A DNA stretch of 64,000 bases from Trichinella spiralis (taxonomy: Eukaryota): the NCBI RefSeq assembly GCF_000181795.1, contig NW_003526941.1, positions 4,622,425 through 4,686,424 of the forward strand, read 5' to 3'. Numbering within the stretch: the stretch's first letter is position 1; each line of letters opens with the position of its first letter. The notes below the pieces were generated by a model. It worked only from the letters and a program-made list of their open reading frames with translations. It was not told where the DNA came from and did no database searches. The translations under genes and the position numbers were made by a program. Shown in pieces: positions 1-14,811 of the stretch.

Positions 1-117
1 AATTGGGATCTGACGCGCCCGAATGATGATGACCGTAATCAGAGTGTAAAAGCATCTACAAAAGTAGCATCGCAGGTTAAAACAACAATCTTTTGGCATC
101 AACGACAAAAGAACTGC

Positions 118-178
118 ATGCACTACATTACACTACACTGCACTGCACTGCACTACACTATACTACTCCATACTATAC
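118..178. repeat. (CACTA/CACTG)n pentanucleotide microsatellite
   Basis: Imperfect run cactacattacactacactgcactgcactgcactacactatactac. Confidence 0.85.
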
Positions 179-325
179 AAAACGCGTCAACCCTGGGCAA
201 ATATCTTCAGGCGTTTTTTTCCATTACAATAAAACGCAAGTCAATTTCTGCGCTCAGATCAAAAATTCACTGTACCAATTAATAAATAAAAAATGAAAGC
301 AAAGTACATAAGGAAACAGGAAAAT

Positions 326-467
326 GAAGAAGAAGAAGAAGAAAAAGGAAAAGAAAAAGAATGACAACATGAAAAGATATTGAACAACTCGATCTTTTCC
401 CTTTTTGTGTTATATGCTAATGTTAATACACGTGAAGGTTGAAGAAGAAGAAGAAGAAGAAGAAGAA
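326..467. repeat. Two (GAA)n microsatellite tracts
   Basis: GAA runs at about 326-343 and 441-467. Confidence 0.85.
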
Positions 468-584
468 ATTAACAAAAGCATCAACTCATACAGCACTCCT
501 ATGAACGAACGGTAAGTCGACACTGGAGGCGACGTGAGCAAGCCGATTGTCAATATTGCTCAGAACAGACCGCGCAGCACAGGA

Positions 585-690
585 CGACAGCGTCACGTGA
601 TCTCAGTCAGCCAATCACAGCGTAAGAATACAAATTCGACGAATCAACAATAACAACGTCGTGAACGTCAATTTTCCAATAGGCTGACTC
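585..690. promoter_or_regulatory. Possible promoter: E-box plus CCAAT boxes in a CpG-richer patch
   Basis: GTCACGTGAT (USF/MiT-type E-box) at about 592-601, AGCCAATCA at about 609-617 and CCAAT at about 676. The target gene was not identified. Confidence 0.3.
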
Positions 691-1429
691 GGTTACCTCG
701 AGCAATCCTGCGCTACGTAAACACAGTGGGCTTTCTCGAAAAATCGTCATCTCAGTTGAACTGCAACGCACACCGCCAGTTGCCCACTACCTGCCAGGTT
801 TGATTAGCACACTATACACGCCTATGTGATTTTCTGTTGCACTGTTTTTGATTTCTCTGTTTATTTGTTTTTGTTTTTAATTCAAAGTCAGTCGTATATA
901 TATTTTAATGTAAACATAAAATTTTTTAATTCATCAATTTGAATATGATATGAAGACTGAATTGAGCAAAAATTATTTAAACAGCTGAAAAAGCATGACA
1001 ATAATTTTGTCATATCGAGTGAAACTGCGGAAATGAAAACTTTTAAGAAACTGAGTAAGCAGTAATGAAAAGAAATAATTATGAAATTGGAATAATCTGC
1101 AATTTGTTATGATTAAAATATTTTAGCATGTCTTCCGTCTGTCATCAGATCAGCAGTAATATGAAAAATTAAGTTGTTCAGTTGTTTCAGTATTTCAATT
1201 TTAAGCAAAACATCTTTAAACAATCCCTCCTGCCTTGTGAATTTGGAACTTAGACTATTTCCAACTAGAAGACTGCTTTGCAAGACTTTGGACTAAGCTA
1301 CAAACACACGCACATTCATTTTGGCATGCTGCGCACGAAACTTATTTTTCTTCTCTAATTCTCCTTTGCATGGACTCAATAATGAGCAAAAGAAAAACGT
1401 TGATAAATACAAAAATATATTTAAAAAAT

Positions 1430-1990
1430 GTTAACAAACCTGAGTGGAATGAGCATTTTTCTAAGTTTACCAGAGATTTGAAGCAACTAGTATTACCAGA
1501 AGAATGGGAAGAAGAACGGGAGAGATTTTGAACATCACTTCTTCAGTTATTGCAGTCATTTCTCAAAGAATGCAATTCAGAGGGAATTGAATTGTGATTC
1601 AACAACCGTTGCAAAGCTGCTCACGAGCAGGGGAACGGTTGCCCGTCGTTGAATTATTGAAAGACTATGAACTAGAAATAACAGATTGCAGAGCTTGCTG
1701 AAAAAGTGGATAACCAACTACAGACTCATCAGTGATCACCAAAGCAACATTAGAGTTTAAAACTGTTTCAACCCCGCCAATCAACGGGGAAGAAGACCAT
1801 AAAAGCTGCATTCCAGTGATTCATCTTTGACATATCAATTTATCACATTGAACATGTGTTCTCAGAAAGTAGCCATCACACAACAGCGCAAGCAACAGAG
1901 TACCGTTCAAAAATGACAAACTTATAATTGTCAAAAAGTAAAAAGCTTCAAACATCCTATTATTGCGCCACTAATGATTTCACCAGAACT
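1430..1990 (+). mobile_element. Possible highly decayed hAT-type transposase fragment
   Basis: Interrupted translations EHFSKFTRDLKQLVLPEEW and FIFDISIYHIEHVFS loosely resemble the hAT C-terminal dimerisation region (P/S-x-Y-x-x-E-x-x-F-S). Many stops; weak. Confidence 0.2.
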
Positions 1991-4900
1991 GACAGGAAAT
2001 AAAAACACTTTTACCATTGCAAAATTAAGTAATGATTTCATTGCTTGATACTATTTTTTTACTACATACTTTTGTTACGCAAATACCATGTCACTGGGAT
2101 ATTAAGAAAAAATTCTTACCATCTGTTATAGAAGATATAAAAAAAGAGAAAACTGCAAACAACTATCAACCAACAACACTCTGTTCGTGTTTAAAATGAA
2201 AGTTACAATTTGCATTGTGCGTCCTGGACCGTTGAAACACTTCTCAATAAAAAAAAGTAATACAAAAGTTTTTCCTATCAAAAATCAAAACATCACAAAT
2301 GAAATAAATTATTGGATTTGCAAATTTGGAATAGATTAAAAATGATCGCATAATGAACAGTGTTGCTCAGTTGAAAGATCACTCCAACATGCGAGAATGA
2401 TGAAAAGTGATTGATTGAAAATGAACAAATTCATACTTACTTTTCACCGTTCATATATTTTCACAATTTTTTTAACAAATTCCAAACATTACTCTAAAGC
2501 GAGTGTGTAATAAATTCAATTAAAACCTCAGCTGAACAATTACATATATGCATACATACACGAATCAAATCATCAGTTTGTATAGTTTTTGAAAATGAAT
2601 CATCAAGTGAAAAGAAATTCTCATACACCGCAAGTGATAACTTATTGTAATTGATCGAGTTGGTAAAGAAAGTCACTCTAGCGAAAACACTGCCTGCCAA
2701 AGTAGTTGGAGGTGCATTTCAACAGAAAAGACACACTCATATCATAACTTCAGCGCATGAAGACACACACACACACACACATAGGGCAGTATGCAAACCA
2801 AGGTCATATGCTGAAATTGTGCATCGTCATCACAACACCAATGCTGGTGATTAAGTTGAATTCTGTTGATTGCAGAATTAAATTTGCAAACCACGCACAG
2901 ACAATTGACTATGAGATGTTCGACAAGTGACTGCAAAATAAGTTTGCAAATGAAAAGAATAAAAGTATATACAATACCAGAAACCTCTGATCAAAATTCA
3001 AATCTATCCGTAAAACAGTGATCGAAAAGTGAAAATACCTGAAACAAATTTTTACGAAAGAAACAACGAATATTGTTTTTCATTCAGATTTGATTTTCCC
3101 TTTTTTCACTGTAGAGCGGAAGTGCAATTGTGTTAATTACGTCGCTAGTCACCGCTAAATTAACCAAACAACAGAACAATGCAAAAATAGTTTTCCTTCT
3201 GCTAAGTGATTATTAATTTTTGCAAATATGCTCCAAAGATGAAAAGAAAGTAAAAAATGCAATAAAAGACATGTAAAGTGGAAAGGAAAGTATCAATATA
3301 TGATGATTTGAGGAAAAATTTTTTCCCATTTTCTCCAAATAAGGAAAAAAATGGATTTTAAATACAAAAGAGAGAAAAAAAAGAGATAAACGGTAAATGT
3401 CCGAATGAGATGATTCAGAGGTACCGGAAAAAGATTCGGCCAAAGTTGGTGGGTTGAAAATGCGTGCGTGTGAGTCTGCAGCAAAGCGTGACCACCCGCG
3501 TCCGTGTTGTCTGGCTCGCGAAAAAAAGGCAGACCCCATTACACGGTCGATTAGTGTTTTCTATTCTTGCCAAATTTTTGCTTTTCACACTAGCGCAGAT
3601 TTGGTGACACGAAATCTGTGTCACTACAATGACCCAAGTCCACGACGCACATCCGCCGATAACTGTAAAATGAAAAAAGATTCGCGAAACCTCTCGTTTC
3701 GTTGCGGCGCCCAAATCCAGGACAGCTGGACAAAAGCTTCGGCCTCCGCGCTTGGTGAAAAGGTCGACCCTTCAGGATGCCCAACCCTGACCTTCTTGGT
3801 GTCTGTCGATTGCAATGACGCAATTGAACTCAACACACCAGAAAGCTTACGGTTCCCCTGTAAGAGCTATTTCCTGTCATCGATGATGAGCCCATATCCG
3901 ACGACCTCTGTTCCTTATGACCTGCAGCTTTACGTATGAAAACGATCGAAATTGTTGTACAAAAGTAATCAATCAAGCTCAACACTGACTAACTCAACTC
4001 AACTCATCACAGATAAAATTTGGCACAAAAAAGACAATAGATGATGTATTAGGAAGAAAATTTGAATTGAATCTATTCAATCAATAATCATTCAATTCAA
4101 ATCAGGGATTATTGGAGGAAAATGCAAATTTACATGTACAGATGTACTTGTTGAAGAGAGGAGAGGAGAGGAGTTTTGAAGAAAAGGAAATTATAATATT
4201 ACATCAAAAGAAGCAAAATAGAGAAAAAACATTATTATTATTATTATTGTCAATTGTTGTAACATGCTAGAAAAGAGGCCAACAGAATGAATGAGAGAAA
4301 GAGAGAGAGAGAGAGAGGGGGGGCTAGCTGGAGACGATGAAAAGAAGACGCCAAAAAAGTGAACATTCAACGGGAATGTAACACAACCGGAAAAGCCTTT
4401 ACTTTTTCCACATAGCGTCATTTAATTGATCGCTTTTGGAAGAGCGGAAAAAAAATAAAGAAAGTAGAATGAAATAAAATAAAAAAAGCAACAAAGCGAC
4501 CAGCATGAGAAGAAAGCATCGTCGACTGATGAAACCCGCTTTCTGAAGCAGCGTGACTGCGCACAAAACTGAACGTTGTTGATTTGCTGGCTCTTTTCGA
4601 CGAACATGTTTATTTCACAAATGAATTTTTGTGCAAACATTTACAAAAATAACCAAACACGATCAATTGTTTTAACATCATATTAAAATAATAATAATAA
4701 TAATATCCGAAAGATGAAATAATAAAAACACAACCTATCCAACCAAGTAGATTTCAGCCGAATGTTCAGATAATAATTAATTGATCAATTGAAACAGAGA
4801 TAATAATACTTGTGCAAAATCTTTGATGACCCCATCAACAACAAGTCTTTAGATGTGATGTTATAAATAAAAAATATTAATTTTGAATACACAAAATTAA

Positions 4901-7900
4901 TATATATTTATTTATTATTTATGTATGAAATTCAACTTTACTGCGTCTTGCCAGGTGAACATGGCCGCTGGAGCATTCATCATCACTTTTGTGTCGTCAA
5001 CAGCCGGAAGCCGTATCAGTTGGCCGAACGGTAGACGACCAGTTGATGCAATTTTTGCGACTGTATCCCTATGTTGCAGAGCCTCCACAAACTAGTGGAG
5101 TGATTTTCGTTGCCTTTTTAGCTGTCACTTAAGTAGACAATTGGATTTGAATAAACAAAAGCCCAAGCACGCGCGCGACTGTTCTTCTTCGTTCATTCTC
5201 CTCAGAAACTGTTCGCTAAGCTGCAAAGTGTTGCTGCTGCCGACGTCGTTCGACAACGCCAACAGGATAAAATAGATCTTTCAATTTTTCGCCCACTCAA
5301 TTTTAATTCTTTCCTTTTCGTTTTTCTTTCTCCAATACCAATTCAACGTAAATTATGCATTCTCACTGTCGTATGGCTAATAAATAATACTTGGGGGAAA
5401 TGGGAAACAACAACAACAACAACTGCTACTGCTACTACTACTACTACTACTATTAAATGAAGCTATCAAAGAAAAATTAGTTGATATATTTTTGAAAAAA
5501 ATATTTTTCTCTTTAAATTTCATTTTCTTATTTAATACAAATAAACATATTGATCAATTAATTAATGAATTGATGAAATAAAGATATTTATATAGGGACA
5601 TTTGAATCATGCTCAGCGTTATGAAATAATAATGATTGTTAACAGTTATCAAATTATTCATCATTAGTTGAAATGCAATTGTAAAACCTGCCGTACACCA
5701 CTCTGTATAACAGAATAAAATAGAATAGAATATAATGAGGTAGTGAAAAATTTTTTAATAGCCAAACGAATATAGCTTTGACGTTTCAGCGGACTATTTC
5801 AAACAAAGTAGTCGGCAGAGTTTGATGAAAAGCAAACGCCTCAGATTGGCCAAGAAATTCTACCTGATATGATAGTTCTAAAGAGAACGTCGAAATTAAC
5901 TAACTAAATTAAACTAAGCTAACTAGGCAGCCTTGCAAGCTGCAACAGATTTAGAAAGAGAAAATTTCCACTATTTGTACAGCAATTTCTGAAACGTTGT
6001 ACAACATAATCCCTCTCTCTTTCTCTCTCTCCCCACAAAACGTACGGTGGAAAAATAGACAAGCAATTGGGGAGGCGTATCATTCAAAGGATTTTCTTTT
6101 TACCACAATGTGACGTCAATAATAGAAAATAATAAACGCAATAGAAATTCTTTCGTGATTAGCTTTCACTATTTCACTCATTAAACAGTTAGTTAATTAA
6201 ATGCTTTTGTATAAAAGTTCAAACTCTGGCATAAGCTACTTACTTGATGCCAGTCCATTTGGAATTTAAATTTACAATTTCAAACAAAATATACAAAAAA
6301 TAAAAATTGAAATTGGCAAACTGAACGTAAATTTCATTGCTTTTTTTGAATAAAATATCTGAAGCATAATGAAGCAAACACAATTATCACCATCAGTCAC
6401 TAGGCTAGAAGTGATTTAATAAAAATTGCTAGAAAATAAAATGTTTGAAATGCTGATCAGCTATACTTGTAAATAAAAAAAAATACGCCAAATATCTCTT
6501 TTACATGTCACGTATAAATGCAGGTAAAGAGTTGGAAAGTTCGACAATTTTATTCAATATTATAAAATATTGAACGACTAAACAAATGTGTGAAAAAATG
6601 CCCTCAACAAATATGAATTTTCAAAATAAACAATTACTTTTTACAAAATATAAATTAAGTTTTGTTTATTGCTCAAATTTACATTCACTTCTGCATTTTT
6701 CCAATTCTCTCCACTACTGTTGCGTTGTATCAACACTGTGAAACAATGTAGAATAATATTTATGTACTTCTATAATTACTGTTCAACATTACGAAAAGAA
6801 TAATTGATTGCGCAGACCGATTTGATAGCGAAGAAATTTCATTTGTACATTCCACATGCACGCATGGAATTGCAAATTATAAATATGCAAAGGCTAATTA
6901 GATCATTAATTTTGATAATATTTGCATATTGGATAAAACAATGCGCGTTATTACTAAAAATACGCCACAGCAAACTGATAATAATAAATCAGACAACGAA
7001 CAAAGAAGCATTTGGCGCCTTTACAAATTATGCATGAAAAGCAATTTACCTTAGCATTTACGAATACAGACAAAAAAAAAAAGATATAGCTAAATTAAGC
7101 TAGATATGTAAGCTGGGGAAAACGTTTCTGTAGATTATACTTTTAACCAAACTTGATTAATTAATTAATGATGCAAGCAGAACTGTTGCATTAGATGAAC
7201 AGTTTTTCGACTTTTCCTGCTTTGTCATCACCAGAGAAGAAAGCACAAAATAATGATATGTTGAAATCAATCAGTAAAACTACATCATCATTACAATCTT
7301 TAAAATATTTCTTTGAAAAAAAAACAAAATTACACCTCTTCCAATTGATGTGGAAATGTATTTTGTTTTCCTCACTGAATGCCAGTTGAAGTGAAAAACA
7401 TAAAAACAAATTTTTGTGCAAAATTACGGAAATAATTTTCCCATCAAACAAATATGAACACTTACTTACCTGTTGTTTATTTGTGCCATGTCAGATGCTT
7501 TGAACGTATGGTAAATAACAAAAAACCAACCAAACAAACCAAGAAATCAGTAAGAACGTTCAGCTGGCTAAAAATAAATAAATTTAATTGTTTATCAGAA
7601 ATGCAATTTAGTGGGTAAAATGTGAAAAATGAATAATTCATATTACACTGTTAGTTGTTAACTTGGAAGCTAAATTTTATGATGATGATGGTGAAATAAA
7701 AATTTCAAATTATTATCATATTAAAGAAAAATAACTTCACACTACAAATTGTCGTCATCATCAGTGTTTGAGTAAAAATAATTAATAAATTGTTTGAATT
7801 TTCTAATTTTCAAAATTATCATTATCTGATCACTATATTTCCTTCGTGTTTGCAAGTTGTTTGCTGTAATATGTTAGCTGATTAAAGTCGACAGGTAATT

Positions 7901-10900
7901 TTGAATTTCAAAGCCTGTAAAATTTCCAAATCAAACTGTCTCGACAGCTGTGCACGTCACAAAAGCAGAGTCAAATTGTGCTCAATCAGAAGCACGTTGA
8001 TCAAGCTTCTGGTTCAACAAAATACCGACACAGGCAGAATGGATAAACGCTTTCGTTGTGTATTCAACATTTCAGAGCAGACCGTATTCAGCAAACATTC
8101 GTAACACAGTGTATTGTTAAATCACCTGCCGTCCACAGGATTTTGAACATTGTGCACTGCGTGGTAATTTTGCGTTGACAATATGCTATTGTAAACACGG
8201 CAAATTCATTTACGCCGAAGGAAAATAAAAGATATTAACATTATACACACATACATACCAATTCATATATGTATTCATACTTAACCTCACATTACTATTA
8301 TTATTTAATAAAAATGATCCATTTCATTTTAACCTTTAAACTACTTTACTGCATAAATAAATCTAACGTTTGGCAGTGCTGCTGAACAATGAAACAAACA
8401 ATTCATCACATCACAATTTCACATTTAAATGATAAAAAAACTCTGAATTTATTTACATTTCAAAATATGTTCTTATTTTTCGAATTAACAAATTTAAAAT
8501 ACATTTTCAAAAATATCTTCATCATGAAAAGTTGCATGAGAAATAAAAAAATCATTTCATAAACACACCATGATGAAACAAATTAATAAATTCAACATGA
8601 AATAATAATGAAAGTTATAGAAAAGTAATAATAAAATCAAAAAGCACGGTGGAATAGTAGCGCTTGTAGTCAGTCCACCTTAAAAATAGCAGCAATATTC
8701 TTTGTAAAAAATGCTAACCAATCAAATGAAATTGGATTTCGAAAAAAAAGTTATCACACGGACCATTTTTCCATTACACACACGCACACATACATGTATA
8801 TATATATATATGCATCAATGTTTCCAAAGTTAATTGAAAATACCAAACTTTTCTTAAATGTATCATGTGAATATTATTCATATTTATTTCACAATGTGAT
8901 TATTGAAAAATAAAAAAAAAATTTATAGATTTGAATGACGCAATAAAAATGCCTACATGATTTACTTTGTTCTGTCATTTGAATGTGGCAAATTGCATAC
9001 TAGATATTTTCTTTATTTTGTCGTAATTAAAAAATTTAAAATTTTCAAATTCACATGAAATATAAATTCATTGCTACTTTTCAATCTTTTTCATAAGTTT
9101 AAGAAAAGGTCAGTATTGAAAGCAAAAAAAATCTAAAAAAAATAAAAGAAACACATGTTCACACAAATTGTCAAATATAAAAATATAAAAGTTGTATGAA
9201 ATATTGAAATTGTAAAAATGAATAAAATTATCTGCTGAAGAAAAACTAATTTTTTAAATATTAAGCTAAATCTACAACAAATTTAATTGCTGTTTGAAAT
9301 TGTAATATTTGTCATTGCCACTTCCATTGCAGTTGTGGTGTAAGTTCGTGTCTGCTTGAATGATTGAATTGTAAAGAAAGTACATAAGTTGAAAAGTGAA
9401 AATAAAGATAGAAGAAAAGCGAACAATCGCTGACACATCGCATTCAACTGTATGTACAACTTCCTTTTCAGAACAGCTAATGCTAAATTATCTTCCTTGA
9501 ATTCAATTCAAAAGTGCTTTACAAAATAATATCATGCACATAATGTAGGTTAATAAAAATGAACATTAAAAAAAGATTTCATTCTGTAAACATTGACCAT
9601 TTGTTGAAATACACAACATGCAAATAAATAAATAAAATGCTACAAGGAATAAACTGTGAAAAGGGGATTTTGAAAAAAAAAGTATCATTTTCCTTCGTCA
9701 AGGGTAAAAATTATTCATTTTTATTTCCTGCACAAAGAAAACCATACACCACAAATAAAATTACCACTTCCTCTTTGAAAAAATTTGCATAAATATCGGA
9801 ACTGTGCATCTGCTTTCAACAAATCAAGATTAAATTGTGGAAAAGATAATACAAAAGATAAATAATAAGAAAATTGCCGTTCGCCATGAATTCACTGCTA
9901 CTATTTAACCATTTCCATGAAACTGCTGGTCAGTTTTACAAAGTGAAGAAACAATTCAACTGTCGCTTTAAAACTTCAACTGAATTTTTAATCAGTTCAA
10001 TAATTTAATTAATAAAATAAGAACACTGAATGAAGAAAATTATTCCTTTAGCTAGCTAACAATTTTGCATTTTAACTTGTAATGTAAAACTGAACGAAAC
10101 CCGCACACGCCCTGGTAATAAGCACGTCAAATGTAAAGTGGAATGTGTTTTTCCAACTTACAAATTGATTAAACTTATTGTTTATTTCAATTTTTAACGT
10201 GATGAATTTTTTTATAAATAATGAGCGTAATTATACGTGTACTGATTGTAGATAGTAATGAGTTACAAAAAAATTTTTTACATACATGATCGAACATCGA
10301 AATGTACATACAGTACGGTATATGGATAAATGAATAGCACGGAGTTGAAAAATTATTTTATCATCCATGATGGGGTTTTGTTTCCGAGTAAATTTGAAAA
10401 AAAGTATACATTAAAAACAAATGTGAATTGATTGCATTCTTAAAGTGGATTAAAATGAACATATTATAAAATAATTATGCCAATCAAACCTGAACGAACG
10501 TATGGAAATATTTGAATTTTATCAGCCGAAGAAGTGCTACTGCTACTGCTACTGCCGCTGTTACTACTGCTATTGATACTAGCAAGAGCGTGATAATTGT
10601 GATGATATGAGAGAAAACAAAGATGAATTATGAGAAATTGAAAGTAGACGTACAAAAGTTATGTCTACAAAAGTTGAACAACGTAAAACGTAACAACGCG
10701 ACGAACATGCGACGAAGAAAAGAAAAACCCAAGTAGCCAAGTTTCAGTCGCCTGCTTGCTTGCTTGCCTGCTTCCAGCTTGACTGCTTGCTTGTTGCCTG
10801 CCTTTTTCTCTGTCAACTAGTGCTGCGAACAAAATTTCAATATCAGTTTGACCGGTTGACGCAGTGTGAAGCATGACGTAGTGATGCTGGTTGGTCTGTG

Positions 10901-11479
10901 ATATTATTGGCGCTCGCTACAATGTGCCTTTGTAACACAGACACAGACAGAGACGGAGAAGTTTCCAGCTAATCGTATCGTCGTGATTCATGCCAGTCTG
11001 TGTTCCGAATACAAATGTATCACCAAACCAAAAAAAATGGCACAATCACACCAAAGTGAGAAAGAAAGACAAAAAAAATTGAAAATATCTTTCCCAACAT
11101 ATACCCTGGGAAACATCCTTGCCGTCAGTGTTCTCAACAATGACACATCATGTTTCAAAATGATCAAATAACCAATCTTTTATCATTGGACAATTAGCAT
11201 TATTTTGCTGGCTGATTTTTTAACACTTTGCAAAGAGTTCACAGCTCAGCTCCGGGTACCAGCTATCACCATGGAAAATTGCCCACTCAATAAGAAGAAA
11301 CAAGAAAAGTTGCCAGTCGAACAACGCCTCAGTGATCACTGTTTGGAATAAGCTATGCTTCTATCAAACAGCAACAACAACACAAAAAGCCATCTACGGT
11401 TTCTTACAGACCCAGACAAAGGCAAGCAGATGCGGAAATAGAATCAAACAATTGAATAAAAGTGACAATTTCCTTTTTC

Positions 11480-11512
<33 letters not shown>

Positions 11513-14500
11513 TTGTTTCCCTATTTCCTATTGGAATAGATATTCCCTGATATTAATGTACAAGAAAGATATGATTCAATGAAAACAACGAAGAAGAATG
11601 TTGGACTGTAGTTTTCTTTTGAAACATTAGAAAATCACAAAAGTTACAACTGAATTTTGCATTGATATGTATTTGAATAGAATATGAGAATTTCACTTCA
11701 AATATTCCATGGGAAAAGGTAAGTATCATAAAAAATGAAAATGTTTCCACAAATTGCAAACAACTTATTGTTGTTGTTGTTATTATTTAGCAGTGTTAAT
11801 CGAATTACATTCGACAGACATTACTGATAACTGAAAACACGCTTATGCTAATAGAATTTCACTTCAGGTGAGATAATTCTAGTTTCATGAATGAAAAAAA
11901 AGGCAAAACCACCACCGCCACCACTACTACTGCTACTGTTACTGGTGTTGTGCAATGTATGTTAAAAATTGAACCGTCAAATTAAATTATCATAAAGTTA
12001 TGAAAAGAAAAATTAAAAAGAAACGTTAATTTTTCTTTGAAACACAGCCTAATGCAGCGGTAATTTTAAAGTGAAAATATGATTCACTATACTTGTTGAA
12101 GAACATTTGGAAAACTTTCAAATGGTGAGTAAACTTTCACACAGTAAACCTCGTGTGAATTTAAAGAAAAATTATTCTTATTCGAAATAAATTATTAATA
12201 GATAGAGAAAAAGCAAAAAAAATAGAAATACCAGTTCAATGTGCTGAGGGGAATTGAATATATTTTCCATTTACATCTGTATATTCAGTGGATGGATACT
12301 TTTGGCGATTGCATTACCAGAAGTGCGTTCAAAATGAACAGTATTAAATGACAGTGTCGCGTGTGATGAATCACGACGATTCGTATAATCGATTACAACT
12401 GGCGGAAATTGAATGTTGTTTCAAAATTCGAATTTCACCAACAAACAACAGTCGACAAAAAGCAACAACAGCGGCTATTTTAAAAATCTATACAAATTGC
12501 AAGTAGAATAAAAGGAAAAGAATTGTCAGTGAAAAATATTGTCCAAAGGCGAATTTGTTCAAAAATTAGACACGACACAGTAAAAGAGAAAAAATACTTG
12601 AAAAAATTATGCAACGTATGAAATATGTATGAAAAAATTGAAAAATTGCTATTATTCTCGTCTCTCGTCTACAGTATACAACAGGAAATTGTTCAAACAC
12701 CATATTCAAATTTATCTCCGGCCGAGACATTATTTTGAAATTACTGATCAGTGACGAAGTTGTACTTTTCAACATGGCAATAGATGAAATTTTCCAAAAA
12801 GAAAAAAAGAAAAGAAACAAACCAAATGGAATTATCGCAAAAATGTTTTGACGAAAAATTTCAACATTAACAGCCTTGTATGAACTTGGTGAAATTTCTT
12901 TTTTATTAATTTTTTTCTTAATTGTATAAAAATTGATAAATTCAAATAAGAATGAAAAAAAACTTCAAGTATTTATGCAAATAGATAGAGAAAAATGAAA
13001 ATAATGAACATTTACTTACTTTGGAATAAGAATTGTTGGTAAAATCGCACGGGAACCAGAGGCGCTTCGAAAATGGCCTTCCACCGGAAATGTTATCAAT
13101 AAAATGAAAACCGTTCAGTAGGCCTGACGAGAAAATGGAAAATTTGCATAATGTAGCTCGTTCCTAGTCATTCCACTGCGTCAATTGGTGTTCGTATCAA
13201 TCAATACACTGGTGGATTGGAAAATCCAGTTCCGGTTGATCGGATTGATCGACTGGGCCATTTCTTCATGTCTATACAAACATATCTACATATATATACA
13301 GAGATGAAACGAATAAACCAGTTAATAAAATTAATTAAGGAAATTAATCATGTATCTGAATATTTTTTGAGATTTATATCAATTATATAAACAACCGTAA
13401 ATAAATAAATAAACGATTCGGATTGATATAATTTTTGAAAAAAAGAAATCTACAAAAGCTAACTAAATGAGTAATGAAAATCAACAAACGACACTTTCAA
13501 CTCTCTTCTCATTGAGCTTTTTTTAAGTATATATATGTATATAAATCTGTCAATGATCGATTAATGATAGATAGAATGAGAAGAGAGAAAAATTGTTCAC
13601 TTACCGGATGCACTTATGAAGTGCAGAAATATGAATTATATTTCAAAAAAATGAAAAACTCTTCACAGTTCATCGTGATATTTATTGATTTTTGTTTTCT
13701 TCTGTTTTTGTTTTTTCGTTTGTGATGATGAATGTGATGATGAATCAGAATTGATTTATTCCGATTTTTTCGAATGAAAATCATCACATCAGAATAGTTT
13801 ATCGCAATGCTAAAATTCAAAAAAATTCAGCGAAAAAAATAATAACAAAATTTTCTAAAAACTATTCTTGTAATAGGAATTGTAAAGTAATTTAAATTAT
13901 GAGGGAAATTATTTTTTGAAAAAAAATTATCATTCACAATAGTATCAAAAAAGGGAGAGAATTCTATAACTCTGATAAAGCAGCATTGACAGTAGAATTT
14001 TTTTCCTGGTCATTTTTAAATAGGTCAGTAACTTAGTCTGGCAGGTAACTTTAATTTCAGATTTCAAATTGACAGTAAGATTCAACAAATTATACACATG
14101 AAGAAATAATTGAAATTGTTGAAATTGAATTGTTAAAAAATTTTAATTTAATAAATTTGAATTAAAAAATAGAAAAATAATAAATTTTTTAATGTTGAAT
14201 AATAAAGTAAACGACAAAAGCACGCATACAACGTACGTAGTAAGTACATGCTGTTTGTTCACTTGGCATGGTAAGAAAATGTCGAAGAAAGAGAGTAAAA
14301 AGTTTGCCTCAAAGAACCGGTTATTGTTGTTGTTGTTGCTGCATTTTGAACTTGCACCGCACCGTGACAAAATCCACATTATAATTAAATATCAATTTCA
14401 TCATTTTTATTTCGTGTGTGTGTGATTGTCAGGTTCAGTTGTATTGAAGATTTGAATAATTGTAAATTTTAATTAAGAATTATCATAATTGATATTTAAG

Positions 14501-14811
14501 GAATGAATTGTGCTATTTTTGAAAATGTTGAATATTTTTGAAAATTGACACAGACCACCTATCTCTCTCTCTCACTCTCTCAGTAAATCTTGCTCTCTCG
14601 TCTGGTCGTCAGTGTTATTTACTTTAAAGAAAAGAAGCTTTCAGTTGATTGGCAGATTCAGTTGACTCAGTATTTTCAAACTTTCAGCAATTCAACCAGC
14701 AACTTGACCAACAACGACAGACCAGACACACAATTGATTCCACTGATATTTGCCTACTTCACTTTCAACTTACTGTAATTGTTTTTTTTCACATTGCATA
14801 CTTTTCCCATC

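Noticed and set aside
3454..3939. 161-aa plus-strand ORF
   Set aside because: No recognisable domain, and splice signals favour the minus strand here.
5736..5745. TGAGGTAGTG, resembling the let-7 5' end
   Set aside because: The rest of the mature sequence and a precursor hairpin are absent.
10880..10950. miR-2-like seed (TATCACAG on -) with a partial complement nearby
   Set aside because: The stem is too short, the loop too long, and the partner arm is a CAGA microsatellite.
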